From IMG/VR virus record IMGVR_UViG_3300045988_183523, positions 40,364-104,363 of that record: a stretch of DNA of 64,000 bases; one strand, 5' to 3'. Within the stretch, counting starts at the first letter, position 1. The number at the start of each line of letters is the position of its first letter. The translations under genes and the position numbers were made by a program. The stretch comes from a virus. The notes under the pieces are model-generated. The model had not been told where the DNA came from. It did no database searches and saw only the letters and a list, made by a program, of their open reading frames with translations. Of this stretch, positions 47,838-57,415 are shown one piece after another.

Positions 47838-48219
47838 AATATTATTTGTGGCAATTATAGTTTTGTTAATTGTAATTGGTATAATTGTTTTTAAATGTGT
47901 AAAAAAATCAAACGATTATTTTAAAAAAAGCGGACAAACCGGAACCGCCGTGATTGTTGGATACGATAGTGAATCTACAAGCACAAATGTAAGACTTTCT
48001 GTTAAGGTTCTTAACTCTGATGATGAACATTCATACAATTTAAAAGGCATATATAATGTAAAGAAAATTGACGGCTCGTTAGATGAAAAATATCCGCATT
48101 TTTCTATTGGTGATGAAGTTAAAGTTATTTATGCAAAAAAGAAAACTTTAGGCATCGAAATGTTTGATGTCAGAATTGATCAAAGTCAATATGATTATCC
48201 TAAAAAACAGGAGGAATAA
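47821..48219 (+). CDS. membrane protein (N-terminal TM + beta-rich domain, DUF3592-like)
   Basis: ATG 47821 after aaggagg. The ORF-track start at 47731 is an upstream extension. Confidence 0.45.
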   Translation: MSTIGKILFVAIIVLLIVIGIIVFKCVKKSNDYFKKSGQTGTAVIVGYDSESTSTNVRLSVKVLNSDDEHSYNLKGIYNVKKIDGSLDEKYPHFSIGDEVKVIYAKKKTLGIEMFDVRIDQSQYDYPKKQEE

Positions 48220-48222
48220 TTA

Positions 48223-48351
48223 ATGGGTAAAGAATATAAAAAGTTACTATCTGAACGATTAAAAGATAAAGATTTCAAAAAAGAATATGATAAATTAATA
48301 CCGGAATGTGAAAAAATCAAGCAGGATTTAAGGAAAGGAAAAAACAAGTGA
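48223..48351 (+). CDS. small basic protein (42 aa) MGKEYKKLLSERLKDKDFKKEYDKLIPECEKIKQDLRKGKNK
   Basis: RBS caggaggaataattaATG, 3 nt after the previous stop. Confidence 0.3.
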   Translation: MGKEYKKLLSERLKDKDFKKEYDKLIPECEKIKQDLRKGKNK

Positions 48352-48441
48352 AAATTTGTCTCATTGATGTTGACAGTCATAATTTTCCAAATCTTGCTTT
48401 GATGATTATATTTAGAAGTCGTGATTATTTTAATAATTATA

Positions 48442-48470
48442 ATAAACTTTGTTGACTTATGCTAATGGTT
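48442..48470 (+). promoter_or_regulatory. Near-consensus sigma-A promoter: TTGACT, 17 nt, TATAAT
   Basis: ttgact tatgctaatggttcgca tataat. Confidence 0.55.
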
Positions 48471-48476
48471 CGCATA

Positions 48477-48616
48477 TAATGAAGATTATAAATAATTATA
48501 CAAAAAATTGTTTTAAAACTGAATATCGGATACGACTCTCCGCACCTCTATTTTGTATGTGTCACAGTGAGAGATAATTTAACAGCTACAGAATAATTTC
48601 TGTGGCTGTTTTTTTG
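48477..48616 (+). ncRNA. Candidate ~140-nt small RNA (consensus promoter to intrinsic terminator, no ORF)
   Basis: Terminator acagctacag-aataatttc-ctgtggctgt followed by ttttttt at 48583-48616. The only ATG overlaps the -10. Confidence 0.35.
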
Positions 48617-48635
48617 TAATTTTGTAATTTTTTTA

Positions 48636-48643
48636 CTATATAA
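48636..48643 (+). promoter_or_regulatory. Recurrent promoter-like motif copy (tttttTTACTATATAag)
   Basis: Upstream of 48673. Confidence 0.35.
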
Positions 48644-48672
48644 GTATGTAATAGAAAAAATATAATCTATTT

Positions 48673-49077
48673 ATGGAAAGGATGATTAAAATTAAAACTA
48701 TTTTATTTAATGAAAAGAAAAATCAAAAAATTGAAATATATCAGACAGATAATCTGATCGTAATTTTTAAAAGTGCAATCACAGATAAGAAATCAAATCA
48801 CCATTTTGATTTTAGCGATATTAAACCAAAAATTACTGGTCAAAATATGTTGTGTATTTCACAAAATGGCTTCAGTATTTTATTAAATAAATTTTCAAAT
48901 GAAAATAAGGCAAACGCATATGCTAAATCATATGCAAAATACCATTTAACTAATGAAGGGTATTGCATTGCAAGTTGTAAAGTGCAAGAACAAAAAAATC
49001 AAAAATTTGTACAATGTATGAAAAATGTTGCAAAACAATATCCTGATTTCTTTTGCGATTTAAGTGAGGATGTGTAA
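48673..49077 (+). CDS. hypothetical protein (134 aa)
   Basis: ORF only. Confidence 0.4.
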   Translation: MERMIKIKTILFNEKKNQKIEIYQTDNLIVIFKSAITDKKSNHHFDFSDIKPKITGQNMLCISQNGFSILLNKFSNENKANAYAKSYAKYHLTNEGYCIASCKVQEQKNQKFVQCMKNVAKQYPDFFCDLSEDV

Positions 49078-49079
49078 CA

Positions 49080-49271
49080 TTGAAAAGTATTCCGAAAAGT
49101 CAAAAGCTAATTCTTACATATATTGTCGAGGGAAAGCCAAAATATTATATTACAAAGAGTAAAACTGAAAAGAAATTCTATCTATATGAGCAAACGAATG
49201 AAGAAATTGTGTTTTTAAAGAAAAATTCAGTTTCGCCAACAAAATTCACTGAATGTTATTCTAAAAGCTGA
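49080..49271 (+). CDS. hypothetical protein (63 aa)
   Basis: ORF only. Confidence 0.35.
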   Translation: MKSIPKSQKLILTYIVEGKPKYYITKSKTEKKFYLYEQTNEEIVFLKKNSVSPTKFTECYSKS

Positions 49272-49276
49272 GGTGT

Positions 49277-50398
49277 TTGATATTGAAAATAGAAGTTTTA
49301 AAAAGTGAATATTATAGTTATTTAAACCTTAATGGCTATTACGAACCTGATATTGCTATTCATTGCGATACGCAAGAAAAAGCCGAAATACTTATGGCAA
49401 TGTATTATGTCTTAGGGAAAAAATGGGGCGTAAATCCGATATTCCTTGAAAAAGAAAACAGATTTGCTACTCGTTGGAAAAAGAATAGAACCAACACCTG
49501 TTATCGAATTAGTGCGGAAGATGATAGTTGTCTTGTAAACGGTTCAAAAGCATATTATGAGAATAAAAACAATGTAGTTGTTGTTAATTTTAATGAAATA
49601 TTTAAGTCTGTTGTTAATGAATTAACGGAAAAGCCTGAAGATTATTATGAGACAAACACCAAGAAAAAAAGTCTATTTGGCAACAAAAAGAAAGAAATCA
49701 TTCCGTCAAAATCTAATTCATCTGTTGAAGAAAAGATAATTAACGAGGTGTTACCGGACAATAACTCATCTGTTGAAACTGATAATTCAAATATTGAGCT
49801 TGAAGAAACAAGTTCCACCGGAAAAATTATTTCGGATGTAGATGTTCCTGTTCGGAAAGACACCTCTGAATCAGGTGATTTGGATAATGTTAATACAAAT
49901 GCTTTTGACTTTGACAACAACGAAGGTGGACCGGAGAAGGATACTAATGTAAGCACAAGTGATAACGCAGAAAATACTAACGAGAACGATATTTTTACAT
50001 CAGGTGGTAAACAAATAAAAAACGAAGATGAAAATGATGATATATCAAATAATAAGAAGAATAACGATTTTATGAATAAATTCAACAAACTTGTTGAACA
50101 GTACGAAGAAAAAGATAAATCGGATAGTGAAGTTTCTAATAAACATAATGTTTTAAATTCTGATGTTTCAAGCGGTTTTCATGAATTGGATTATATTCCT
50201 ATTATGAAACCTTTCATTGTTAAAAATGACATTTTTGAAGGAAGAATATTCCGATTTAACGAGAATTATTTGCGTGAAGAATTTAAAGCAAAAAACTTTT
50301 GGATTCAATGTAATTGTGAATGGGAATTGTCGCTGATTTTGAAATGTGCTTTTGATAATCAGATTGAACTTCTTTTTGAGGGTAATGATAATGATTAG
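49277..50398 (+). CDS. hypothetical protein with a long acidic D/E/N/S-rich low-complexity centre
   Basis: ORF only. Confidence 0.4.
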   Translation: MILKIEVLKSEYYSYLNLNGYYEPDIAIHCDTQEKAEILMAMYYVLGKKWGVNPIFLEKENRFATRWKKNRTNTCYRISAEDDSCLVNGSKAYYENKNNVVVVNFNEIFKSVVNELTEKPEDYYETNTKKKSLFGNKKKEIIPSKSNSSVEEKIINEVLPDNNSSVETDNSNIELEETSSTGKIISDVDVPVRKDTSESGDLDNVNTNAFDFDNNEGGPEKDTNVSTSDNAENTNENDIFTSGGKQIKNEDENDDISNNKKNNDFMNKFNKLVEQYEEKDKSDSEVSNKHNVLNSDVSSGFHELDYIPIMKPFIVKNDIFEGRIFRFNENYLREEFKAKNFWIQCNCEWELSLILKCAFDNQIELLFEGNDND

Positions 50399-51593
50399 AA
50401 AAAATAAAATTTTATGCGTTATTTTATCATTCATTGTTGCATTATCTTCTTTACCAATAATAAGCTATGCCGGAACTCCTAATATTCCAAAAAGTTTTTC
50501 TGTTGGTTTAGGAGGAACATTGACTATACCAGTTGATTTGTCAAATTGTTCAGGAAAGCAAAAAAAATGGAAGATCAATGGTGATGGTTCTGTTGCAACA
50601 ATATCTTCAAATGGGGATGTTACAGGAAACAATTTAGGAACTGTGTCAGCCTATTGTTCAACGAGTGCCGGAGAAATCGCAATCTGCAAAGTTACAGTTG
50701 TTCCAAGTGCAAATATTTCTATTGATAAAGCTAATGTATCACTGAAGATAAGTGATACTGTTAAGTTAAATAGCACTGTTTTTCCGGAAAACGCAGTTCA
50801 AAATGTTATTTGGAATTCACAAAATAATTCTGTTGCAACTGTTACTAACGATGGAATTATTACAGCAGTAGGAAAGGGTTTTACAAAAATTACCTGTATT
50901 TCAACTGATGGAACAAATAATAATGCAACATGTAACATTACCGTTATAGAACAAACAACTAAACCATTAAAAAAACAACGAAAAAACAAATCAACTACTA
51001 AAAAGCGGAAAACAGAAGTGAAAACCACAACCACAAAAAAAGAAACTGTTTTGCAAACAGATAAAACAACAAAGAAAAAAATAAAATCTACTTTTGACAA
51101 TTCTGTGAAAAGAAATGAAGATAATATAACTGAAGCTAAGACAACTGCTGCTTCTACAACAAAAAAAATAACTTCAAAAATAAATTTAATTGAAAGTACA
51201 ACTGCATCACAAAATGAGAGTGAAAATGAATTTGATATAAATAATGGTGATGAAAGCGTAGCAGACAGCGAATATTCTTTATTTGCAATCAGTAAAAGTA
51301 AAAAGCCAATTCAAATTACTTGGAATAAATTAGAATCGGTATCAGGTTATGAATTATATCAATCAGATAAAGCAAATTTATCAAAACTCAGCTTAATATA
51401 TGACGGACCACAAAATTATTACAATAAGCATTTATATCTAAATGGAAAAAACTATTTTTTTGTAGTTCGTGGATATAGTTTCAACGATAAAGGTGAAAAA
51501 ATATATATGAATTATTCCAAAGCAATTTACATAAAAGCAGTAAACAAATCAATAATAAGAAAAATATTTGATAAATTACAAAAAGATGTGTAA
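50385..51593 (+). CDS. Secreted protein: signal peptide, two Big_2 Ig-like domains, T/K-rich linker and a C-terminal Fn3-like domain
   Basis: MIMIRKNKILCVILSFIVALSSLPIISYA. Big_2-like VSLKISDTVKLNSTVFPENAVQNVIWNSQNNSVATVTNDGIITAVGKGFTKITC. Confidence 0.55.
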   Translation: MIMIRKNKILCVILSFIVALSSLPIISYAGTPNIPKSFSVGLGGTLTIPVDLSNCSGKQKKWKINGDGSVATISSNGDVTGNNLGTVSAYCSTSAGEIAICKVTVVPSANISIDKANVSLKISDTVKLNSTVFPENAVQNVIWNSQNNSVATVTNDGIITAVGKGFTKITCISTDGTNNNATCNITVIEQTTKPLKKQRKNKSTTKKRKTEVKTTTTKKETVLQTDKTTKKKIKSTFDNSVKRNEDNITEAKTTAASTTKKITSKINLIESTTASQNESENEFDINNGDESVADSEYSLFAISKSKKPIQITWNKLESVSGYELYQSDKANLSKLSLIYDGPQNYYNKHLYLNGKNYFFVVRGYSFNDKGEKIYMNYSKAIYIKAVNKSIIRKIFDKLQKDV

Positions 51594-51608
51594 AAACTAT
51601 TTTATTTT

Positions 51609-51616
51609 ACTATATA
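51609..51616 (+). promoter_or_regulatory. Recurrent promoter-like motif copy (ttattTTACTATATAac)
   Basis: Upstream of hpf. Confidence 0.35.
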
Positions 51617-51725
51617 ACATCAGAAAAGAAAAACAGCATATTTTTTACTTCGAATATATTTTATAAAAAATATGTAAAAAAGCAAAATAATAACTATATA
51701 ACATTGTAACAAAAGAGGAAATGAA

Positions 51726-52286
51726 ATGTTAAATAAGAATTTTGTAGTAAAGGGTTTTGAGCTTATAGATGAAGAAAAAGAAATAATTTCATCAAAAGTA
51801 GACAAGCTTGATAAAAAAATAAAAATCAATACAGATGTAACGATTAAAATCAGAACAGCGGCGAGTGGAGACTACAAGTCAACTGTTTCGTTTACATTAC
51901 TTGGAAAATTTATTAAGGGTGAAGGTAAAAATAAAAAATCACCTATACCGGCAGTAAATGAAGCCATTGATGATGCAATTCGCAAATATAGAAAGCTTAA
52001 GGATAATCGTTTTGAAAAGCAAGGAAATAAAATTTCTAAACTTCTTGAACCTAAAGCTGTTCTAAAAAATGTCAATATGAAAGAATATGACAACTTTGGC
52101 TCAATGTCTGAAAAAATAACAAAGAAAAAATATATTGAATTAAGACCTCAAACTATTGACGAAGCCATTGACGAAATGCTGTTTCTCGGAGAAAAATTTT
52201 ATATGTTTAAAAACCTTGATGGTGAAACTTGTACAATTTTCAAAAGAAACAATAATCAAGGATTCGGATTGTTAGTGTCGAAGTAA
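51726..52286 (+). CDS. hpf: Ribosome hibernation-promoting factor, long form
   Basis: N-terminal domain FVVKGFELIDEEKEIISSKVDKLDK... and C-terminal domain IELRPQTIDEAIDEMLFLGEKFYMFKNLDGETCTIFKRNNNQGFGLLVS align with B. subtilis Hpf/YvyD. Confidence 0.8.
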   Translation: MLNKNFVVKGFELIDEEKEIISSKVDKLDKKIKINTDVTIKIRTAASGDYKSTVSFTLLGKFIKGEGKNKKSPIPAVNEAIDDAIRKYRKLKDNRFEKQGNKISKLLEPKAVLKNVNMKEYDNFGSMSEKITKKKYIELRPQTIDEAIDEMLFLGEKFYMFKNLDGETCTIFKRNNNQGFGLLVSK

Positions 52287-52298
52287 GGAGTACATATT

Positions 52299-52787
52299 AT
52301 GTTTAAATTAGAAATAAGAAGTGATAATTATAATATTTATTCTTCTGATTTTGATGAATTTAAGAGAAATGAAAATGATAAATATTCATTAAAAACAACT
52401 TATTATTTCCAAAATCGCAGTGATGCGATTAAATTCATTGAAAAATTTCTCGTCGATTTTTGTAAATATACAAAAATTCAAAAGGTTAATAACTGTCAAA
52501 GCATTTATCCTAATTCAAAAATAACTGATAATCAAAGAAAAACATTTCTACGCACAGTACGAAGGTTTGTTCCTGATTTCAAAAAAATATCACAATCTTA
52601 TAAATGTTTTGATATATTGTTTTTTATATCTGGCGGAAGCGCAAGTAGAGTAACACCTTTAAGTTTCAATTTAAAGGAAATTAACTATGATTCTACTTTA
52701 AGCAATGCAATTAAAATTACAGAAAAGTATTCTAAAAATTTTGCATTGTTTATATTAAGTTCGCCTGAAGATGTAAAAAACATTTAG
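52299..52787 (+). CDS. hypothetical protein (162 aa)
   Basis: ORF only. Confidence 0.4.
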   Translation: MFKLEIRSDNYNIYSSDFDEFKRNENDKYSLKTTYYFQNRSDAIKFIEKFLVDFCKYTKIQKVNNCQSIYPNSKITDNQRKTFLRTVRRFVPDFKKISQSYKCFDILFFISGGSASRVTPLSFNLKEINYDSTLSNAIKITEKYSKNFALFILSSPEDVKNI

Positions 52788-52912
52788 TATGATTTATTTG
52801 CGTATATAGCCAAATGCTTTAACTAAAAAGATTTCTTCGAGCAAATAAGTGGTCAGAAGGTTATTGCATTTGGATTATATAAATATAAAAACATGAAAGG
52901 AGGAGGATACCA

Positions 52913-53620
52913 ATGATGAAGAAAATTCAGAAAGCACTCGCGATTTGTATGTCAGTAGCTTGTATTGCCGGTTATTCTACACCAGCTCTTGCTGCATCTA
53001 CAAATGTAAACTCTGTCGGTTCTGTTGTTGCAGATGCAGCTGCAGACGATCAAAGCGAAAATAACTATGGTTCACAAGGAATTGTAGGTAAGGATGCTAC
53101 ACAGCAGAAAGAATCAGAATACTCTACATATGCTAACACTGATAAAACAGTTGAAAACGGTAATGCTGCATCAACAGATGTTTATGCAACACAATCATCA
53201 ACTTTCTCAGTCGTTGCACCGGTTGTACTCGTAATGGATGGTTCTGCCGAAAATGAAACTCATAAGGCTGTCGGACAAATTCAGGTTGCAGGAAACCTTG
53301 CAGGTAACGAATATGTTGAAGTGACACCGCAAGATGCTGATACACAAAAAGACGGCATTAACTTTGCATTGAAACAAACAGGCAAGAGCGATGTAGTTGC
53401 TACAATTGTTCAGGATAAAACAAAGTTCTGTACAGCAACAAGTGGTACTGTTGCAGACATGGATAATATGACTAAAGGTCTTACAACAAGTCTTGCAGAT
53501 ACTACAGCAACAATTACTGTTACTGCTGATGATTCAACTAAAAGCGGCGATGCCGGTATTTCAGCAGGTTCATGGCATGGTCAATATAATACTAATATTG
53601 CACTTAATGTAGCTGAATAA
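52913..53620 (+). CDS. Secreted protein consisting only of the shared N-terminal module (module-only or 'major' member of the 4-paralog family)
   Basis: Signal peptide ...STPALA|AS. Mature N-terminus STNVNSVGSVVAD. VYATQSSTFSVVAPVV. C-terminal SAGSWHGQYNTNI. Confidence 0.6.
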   Translation: MMKKIQKALAICMSVACIAGYSTPALAASTNVNSVGSVVADAAADDQSENNYGSQGIVGKDATQQKESEYSTYANTDKTVENGNAASTDVYATQSSTFSVVAPVVLVMDGSAENETHKAVGQIQVAGNLAGNEYVEVTPQDADTQKDGINFALKQTGKSDVVATIVQDKTKFCTATSGTVADMDNMTKGLTTSLADTTATITVTADDSTKSGDAGISAGSWHGQYNTNIALNVAE

Positions 53621-53632
53621 CTTGGCAAAAAG

Positions 53633-53691
53633 TATTTTCTCAACCAAAACAAAAGTTAGTTCATCTTTCTTTTTGTGCGGTTGAGAAAATT
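53633..53691 (+). terminator. 12-bp-stem hairpin with a large loop (attenuator or partial terminator) between the module-only gene and the downstream genes
   Basis: attttctcaacc...(34 nt)...ggttgagaaaat followed by ttgtatt. Confidence 0.3.
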
Positions 53692-53750
53692 TGTATTATA
53701 AATATTATATGTGTAATTAATATTTATATTTTTTAAGGAGGAAAATATAT

Positions 53751-54803
53751 TTGAAAGAAAAAAAGCTTAAAGAAGTGTTTGTTACAGATGTAAATGAATA
53801 TCCATATTTGCATGAAATTCTTGATGATGAAGATGTTGAAAACTTAAAGATATTTAAGAAGGATAAAAAAATAATTCCATTCAATTATCTCACAAAAAAG
53901 CAATTTAAAGAAATTCTTGACGATGAAGATTGTCAGGCTAAAGTTATCGGTAATGTAAGACTTCGTGATAAGTATCATAGAGAAGTTAAAAATAAAAACC
54001 AAAAAACTAAAACAAAAAAGAAATCAAATGTAATAGGTTGTTTTCACACATATTTCAACGATGAATATATCGAAAAGCATCCTAATGAAGAGTTTAACGA
54101 AACTCATACATATGAATTAAATCTTTATAAGCCTAAAGATACATCTTGCATTGGCTATGCTTATATTGGTAACAATAAGTTTGTACGAATTGAAAATGAA
54201 CATTATTTCTTTGTTTTCCTTCTTATCATGATTATGATTGCCGCTGTTGTTTTAGGTGTGTATCTTATTCCGAAAATTGATATTAACAAATCAAAAGACT
54301 TTGAAAACGGAGATTATACTTCACCAAATAGTTTCAATTTGTCATACGAAAATAACATTCAATTTGATTTTGTTAACCATTATACTATTGATAAGGAACA
54401 TACTTATTTGCCAATCGGCAATCCTGAAAAAAATCAATTTTCTTATAAAGTAAAAGTATATCTTGTTAAACCAGATGATATAAGCAAAAAAAATTACCTT
54501 ACTACCATAAAAGATAGCGATGGTAATGATATTCTCTGTTTTGATATGAATAAAAATGGAATAGTTGACAAAAACGAATCGGTTGTTGATGAATTAGTCT
54601 GGGAAACGAAACTAATTGAACCGGGTGGAAATCCGGCTAAAGTTGAGCTGTATGATATTCTCCCAAAAGGAACTTATTATTTGGCGTTTAAATATAGTTT
54701 AAGTCAGAAAGACGGTACTGATATTACAACACCGGATAATCAAAAATATTCGGTTCAAAACGGTTTTACGGCTGTTACAACTACAATTGATGTAGTTAAA
54801 TAA
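53751..54803 (+). CDS. Single-pass membrane protein (cytoplasmic ~165 aa, TM, extracellular ~165 aa), TTG start
   Basis: RBS aaggagga. TM FFVFLLIMIMIAAVVLGVYLI. Confidence 0.45.
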   Translation: MKEKKLKEVFVTDVNEYPYLHEILDDEDVENLKIFKKDKKIIPFNYLTKKQFKEILDDEDCQAKVIGNVRLRDKYHREVKNKNQKTKTKKKSNVIGCFHTYFNDEYIEKHPNEEFNETHTYELNLYKPKDTSCIGYAYIGNNKFVRIENEHYFFVFLLIMIMIAAVVLGVYLIPKIDINKSKDFENGDYTSPNSFNLSYENNIQFDFVNHYTIDKEHTYLPIGNPEKNQFSYKVKVYLVKPDDISKKNYLTTIKDSDGNDILCFDMNKNGIVDKNESVVDELVWETKLIEPGGNPAKVELYDILPKGTYYLAFKYSLSQKDGTDITTPDNQKYSVQNGFTAVTTTIDVVK

Positions 54804-54808
54804 CATTA

Positions 54809-55363
54809 TTGTTTATGCTGAAAGATAATGAAAAGGTTCTCAAACTAAAAATAAAAAAAATATCATCTTTTTTTCTTACATTTGGACTTGTTCTTTTCTT
54901 CTTATTGGCTATCAGACATTATGTCTGTACCCCAATATATATTCCCTCTGAATCAATGAGCGAAACATTACAAGTTAATGATTTGCTGTTGATGTCAAAG
55001 ATTTCCTATAATGTTTCTAAACCCGAAAGAAAAGATATTGTTGTTTTTTCCTCTGATCAAGTTGATGAAAAGGAAACAATACTAATTAAAAGAATTATCG
55101 GTCTTCCGGGCGATAAAATTGAAATAAAAAATGGAAATGTTTATGTGAATAATAAACTTCTTAGTGAGTCTTATGCTAAAAAAGATAATTTTTCCGGCAC
55201 ATTTGTTGTTCCAAAAAACAAATACTTTGTTCTTGGAGATAACAGAGAGGACTCTTTAGATTCACGATACTGGGATAATCCTTATGTAGATAAAGATGAT
55301 ATAATTGGCAAAGCGATTTTTAAATACTATCCAAAATTTGAAAATATTTATAAGAAAAAATGA
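54809..55363 (+). CDS. Signal peptidase I (S26, P-type Ser/Lys LepB/SipS family)
   Basis: IPSESMSETL (box B, Ser nucleophile), KDIVVF (box C), LIKRIIGLPGDKIE (box D, Lys base), VLGDNREDSLDSRYW (box E). Confidence 0.85.
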   Translation: MFMLKDNEKVLKLKIKKISSFFLTFGLVLFFLLAIRHYVCTPIYIPSESMSETLQVNDLLLMSKISYNVSKPERKDIVVFSSDQVDEKETILIKRIIGLPGDKIEIKNGNVYVNNKLLSESYAKKDNFSGTFVVPKNKYFVLGDNREDSLDSRYWDNPYVDKDDIIGKAIFKYYPKFENIYKKK

Positions 55364-55463
55364 AACAACCGTAGACATATGGGGATTGCTCAAATAATAG
55401 AGAAGCTATGTTTATATAGCGGATGTTGTAAATTTATAAAAGACTGAAAGAACTGATTGTATT

Positions 55464-55652
55464 ATGAGAAAATTATTGGCAATTTTGGTCGTGTTAGCCA
55501 TAGTTGGAGCATTAATAGTCGGAATATCAGGAAAAGATATTGTTGATTATTGTATCAATTTTATGAAAAATCTATGTGTCTTTATTCTGAATTGGCTTAA
55601 ACAGATAGCTGATTTTATTCAGGACTATATAATATCTCATGTGGCTTCGTAA
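55464..55652 (+). CDS. small membrane protein (62 aa)
   Basis: ORF; 1-2 TM. Confidence 0.35.
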   Translation: MRKLLAILVVLAIVGALIVGISGKDIVDYCINFMKNLCVFILNWLKQIADFIQDYIISHVAS

Positions 55653-55656
55653 TATA

Positions 55657-55687
55657 AGGACACTCATTTGAGTGTCCTTATTTTATT
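55657..55687 (+). terminator. rho-independent terminator
   Basis: aaggacactc-attt-gagtgtcctt followed by attttatt. Confidence 0.65.
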
Positions 55688-55712
55688 ATAAATTAGAATT
55701 GAGAGGTAAAAT

Positions 55713-57389
55713 ATGATAAAAAATAAACTTATAAATAAAATTATAGCTGTTTCTTTGACGGCACTGACATTATCAAGTTCTGCAGTACCGGCTATGGCAG
55801 CTACACAAAATGTTAATTCAATAGCTTCAGTAGCAGAAGATGTTTCGAATTCACAAAAAGTAGGTCAAGATAAAAATCAAAGTAAGCAAACTAAATATAG
55901 TGAATATCAAGATGATACAAATACATCAACTGATGTGTATGTCACACAAACATCTACATTTTCTGTAACAGCACCAGTAGTTGCAATACTCAATGGTCAA
56001 CCTGATGACAACGGTAATTATTCAGGTGATGTAAAATACAGTATTAAAGGTAATATTGCATCAAACGAAATTGTTAAAGTAGTTCCAGATAATTCGTTAT
56101 TCTTATCTCAATCCGGCAAAGATGATATTGAATGTTCAATTGTTGGAAAAAATAATGAAGTTGCAAAAACAGAATTCTCATATGCAGATGGTCTTCGTGC
56201 TGAAAAAGAGTTAAGTCAAGAATACACTATAACTACAAAAGATATTACAGCTGGTTCTTGGCACGGTCAATATAATACAAATATTTCACTTGAAAACAAT
56301 CTTAAATGGTATGATATTACAGATAAGATTGATTTAGCAAACGGTGAAAATGCTCGATGGAATATGTACGGTATACTGATGAAAGGTGATTCAAAAAACG
56401 AGTATAAAACAGTAAATATTCCTGTTCAAGAAGGGGAAAAATATAGAGTAACTGGTGTCGTTTATGGTAGTGATAGATTGTTAACGGCAAGATCTGAACT
56501 TGGATACGGTTCTCAATATACAATTGATAATCAAATGATTCCGGCAAACAATATCAATGGATCAGGAACTATTAAAGAGCAAGTGTTGACTATACCAGAA
56601 GGTGCAAAATGGTTATGTGTATCATCACCGAAGTTTGCTTTGTCACAGTTCAAACTTGAAAAACTTAGTAATGACTCTGTAAACATTACTCCTTATTCAA
56701 GTGAAAATTTCAAATGGCAGTTTGATAAACCATATTTAACATTTACTGTTGATGATACCAATGACAATATTGACGAGATTGCAAAAGTTTTTGCAAAACA
56801 CAATATGCCTTGCAATTACGCAACACAGTATTCAAGAATTGACGGCACTGCAAATAACGGCGAAACAAAAAAAGATATATTATTGAAAGCCCAAGAATCC
56901 GGTAGTGAAATTTTGGCTCATCATTATCTTGTTCTTGATGATAAATCAACAGAAAATGATTATACCGAAATATACGAAAATACAAAAACACAACTTGAGA
57001 AAGCTGGTTTTAATGTAAATGGTATTATTGTTTCGGGAGGCTCAACATATTCGAAACAAAATTTTTCTAAATCAACAAAGCATGCTTACGCTGCAGGTTA
57101 CTTATATTCGGATTTAACAGCGACAAATAATGTATATAATCATAGATATTATAACAACAGAATTTGGAATGACTCTGCCGATATTAGTTATTGGAAAACT
57201 CAAATTGATAATTTGGTGAATGACGGCTCTGGCTGGTTAAATATTGGCTCACATGTTGATGCTGATTGGTTGAGTGGTCATACAATGAATCCTGAAATGA
57301 TTGATGAAATACTTACTTATTGTGAAGAAAAAGGCGTTGAGGTTACAACTTGGAATTCACTTTACAATAATTGTGGCGTAAACAAATAA
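55713..57389 (+). CDS. Secreted protein: shared N-terminal module + middle beta-rich domain + C-terminal polysaccharide-deacetylase (CE4/NodB)-like domain
   Basis: Signal peptide ...AVPAMA|AT. Shared module. C-terminal LTFTVDDTNDNIDEIAKVFAKHNMPCNYAT...ILAHHY resembles the CE4 TFDDG/HxxH motifs. Confidence 0.5.
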   Translation: MIKNKLINKIIAVSLTALTLSSSAVPAMAATQNVNSIASVAEDVSNSQKVGQDKNQSKQTKYSEYQDDTNTSTDVYVTQTSTFSVTAPVVAILNGQPDDNGNYSGDVKYSIKGNIASNEIVKVVPDNSLFLSQSGKDDIECSIVGKNNEVAKTEFSYADGLRAEKELSQEYTITTKDITAGSWHGQYNTNISLENNLKWYDITDKIDLANGENARWNMYGILMKGDSKNEYKTVNIPVQEGEKYRVTGVVYGSDRLLTARSELGYGSQYTIDNQMIPANNINGSGTIKEQVLTIPEGAKWLCVSSPKFALSQFKLEKLSNDSVNITPYSSENFKWQFDKPYLTFTVDDTNDNIDEIAKVFAKHNMPCNYATQYSRIDGTANNGETKKDILLKAQESGSEILAHHYLVLDDKSTENDYTEIYENTKTQLEKAGFNVNGIIVSGGSTYSKQNFSKSTKHAYAAGYLYSDLTATNNVYNHRYYNNRIWNDSADISYWKTQIDNLVNDGSGWLNIGSHVDADWLSGHTMNPEMIDEILTYCEEKGVEVTTWNSLYNNCGVNK

Positions 57390-57415
57390 TTTCTATTTAA
57401 TTCAGGAGGTTTTAT

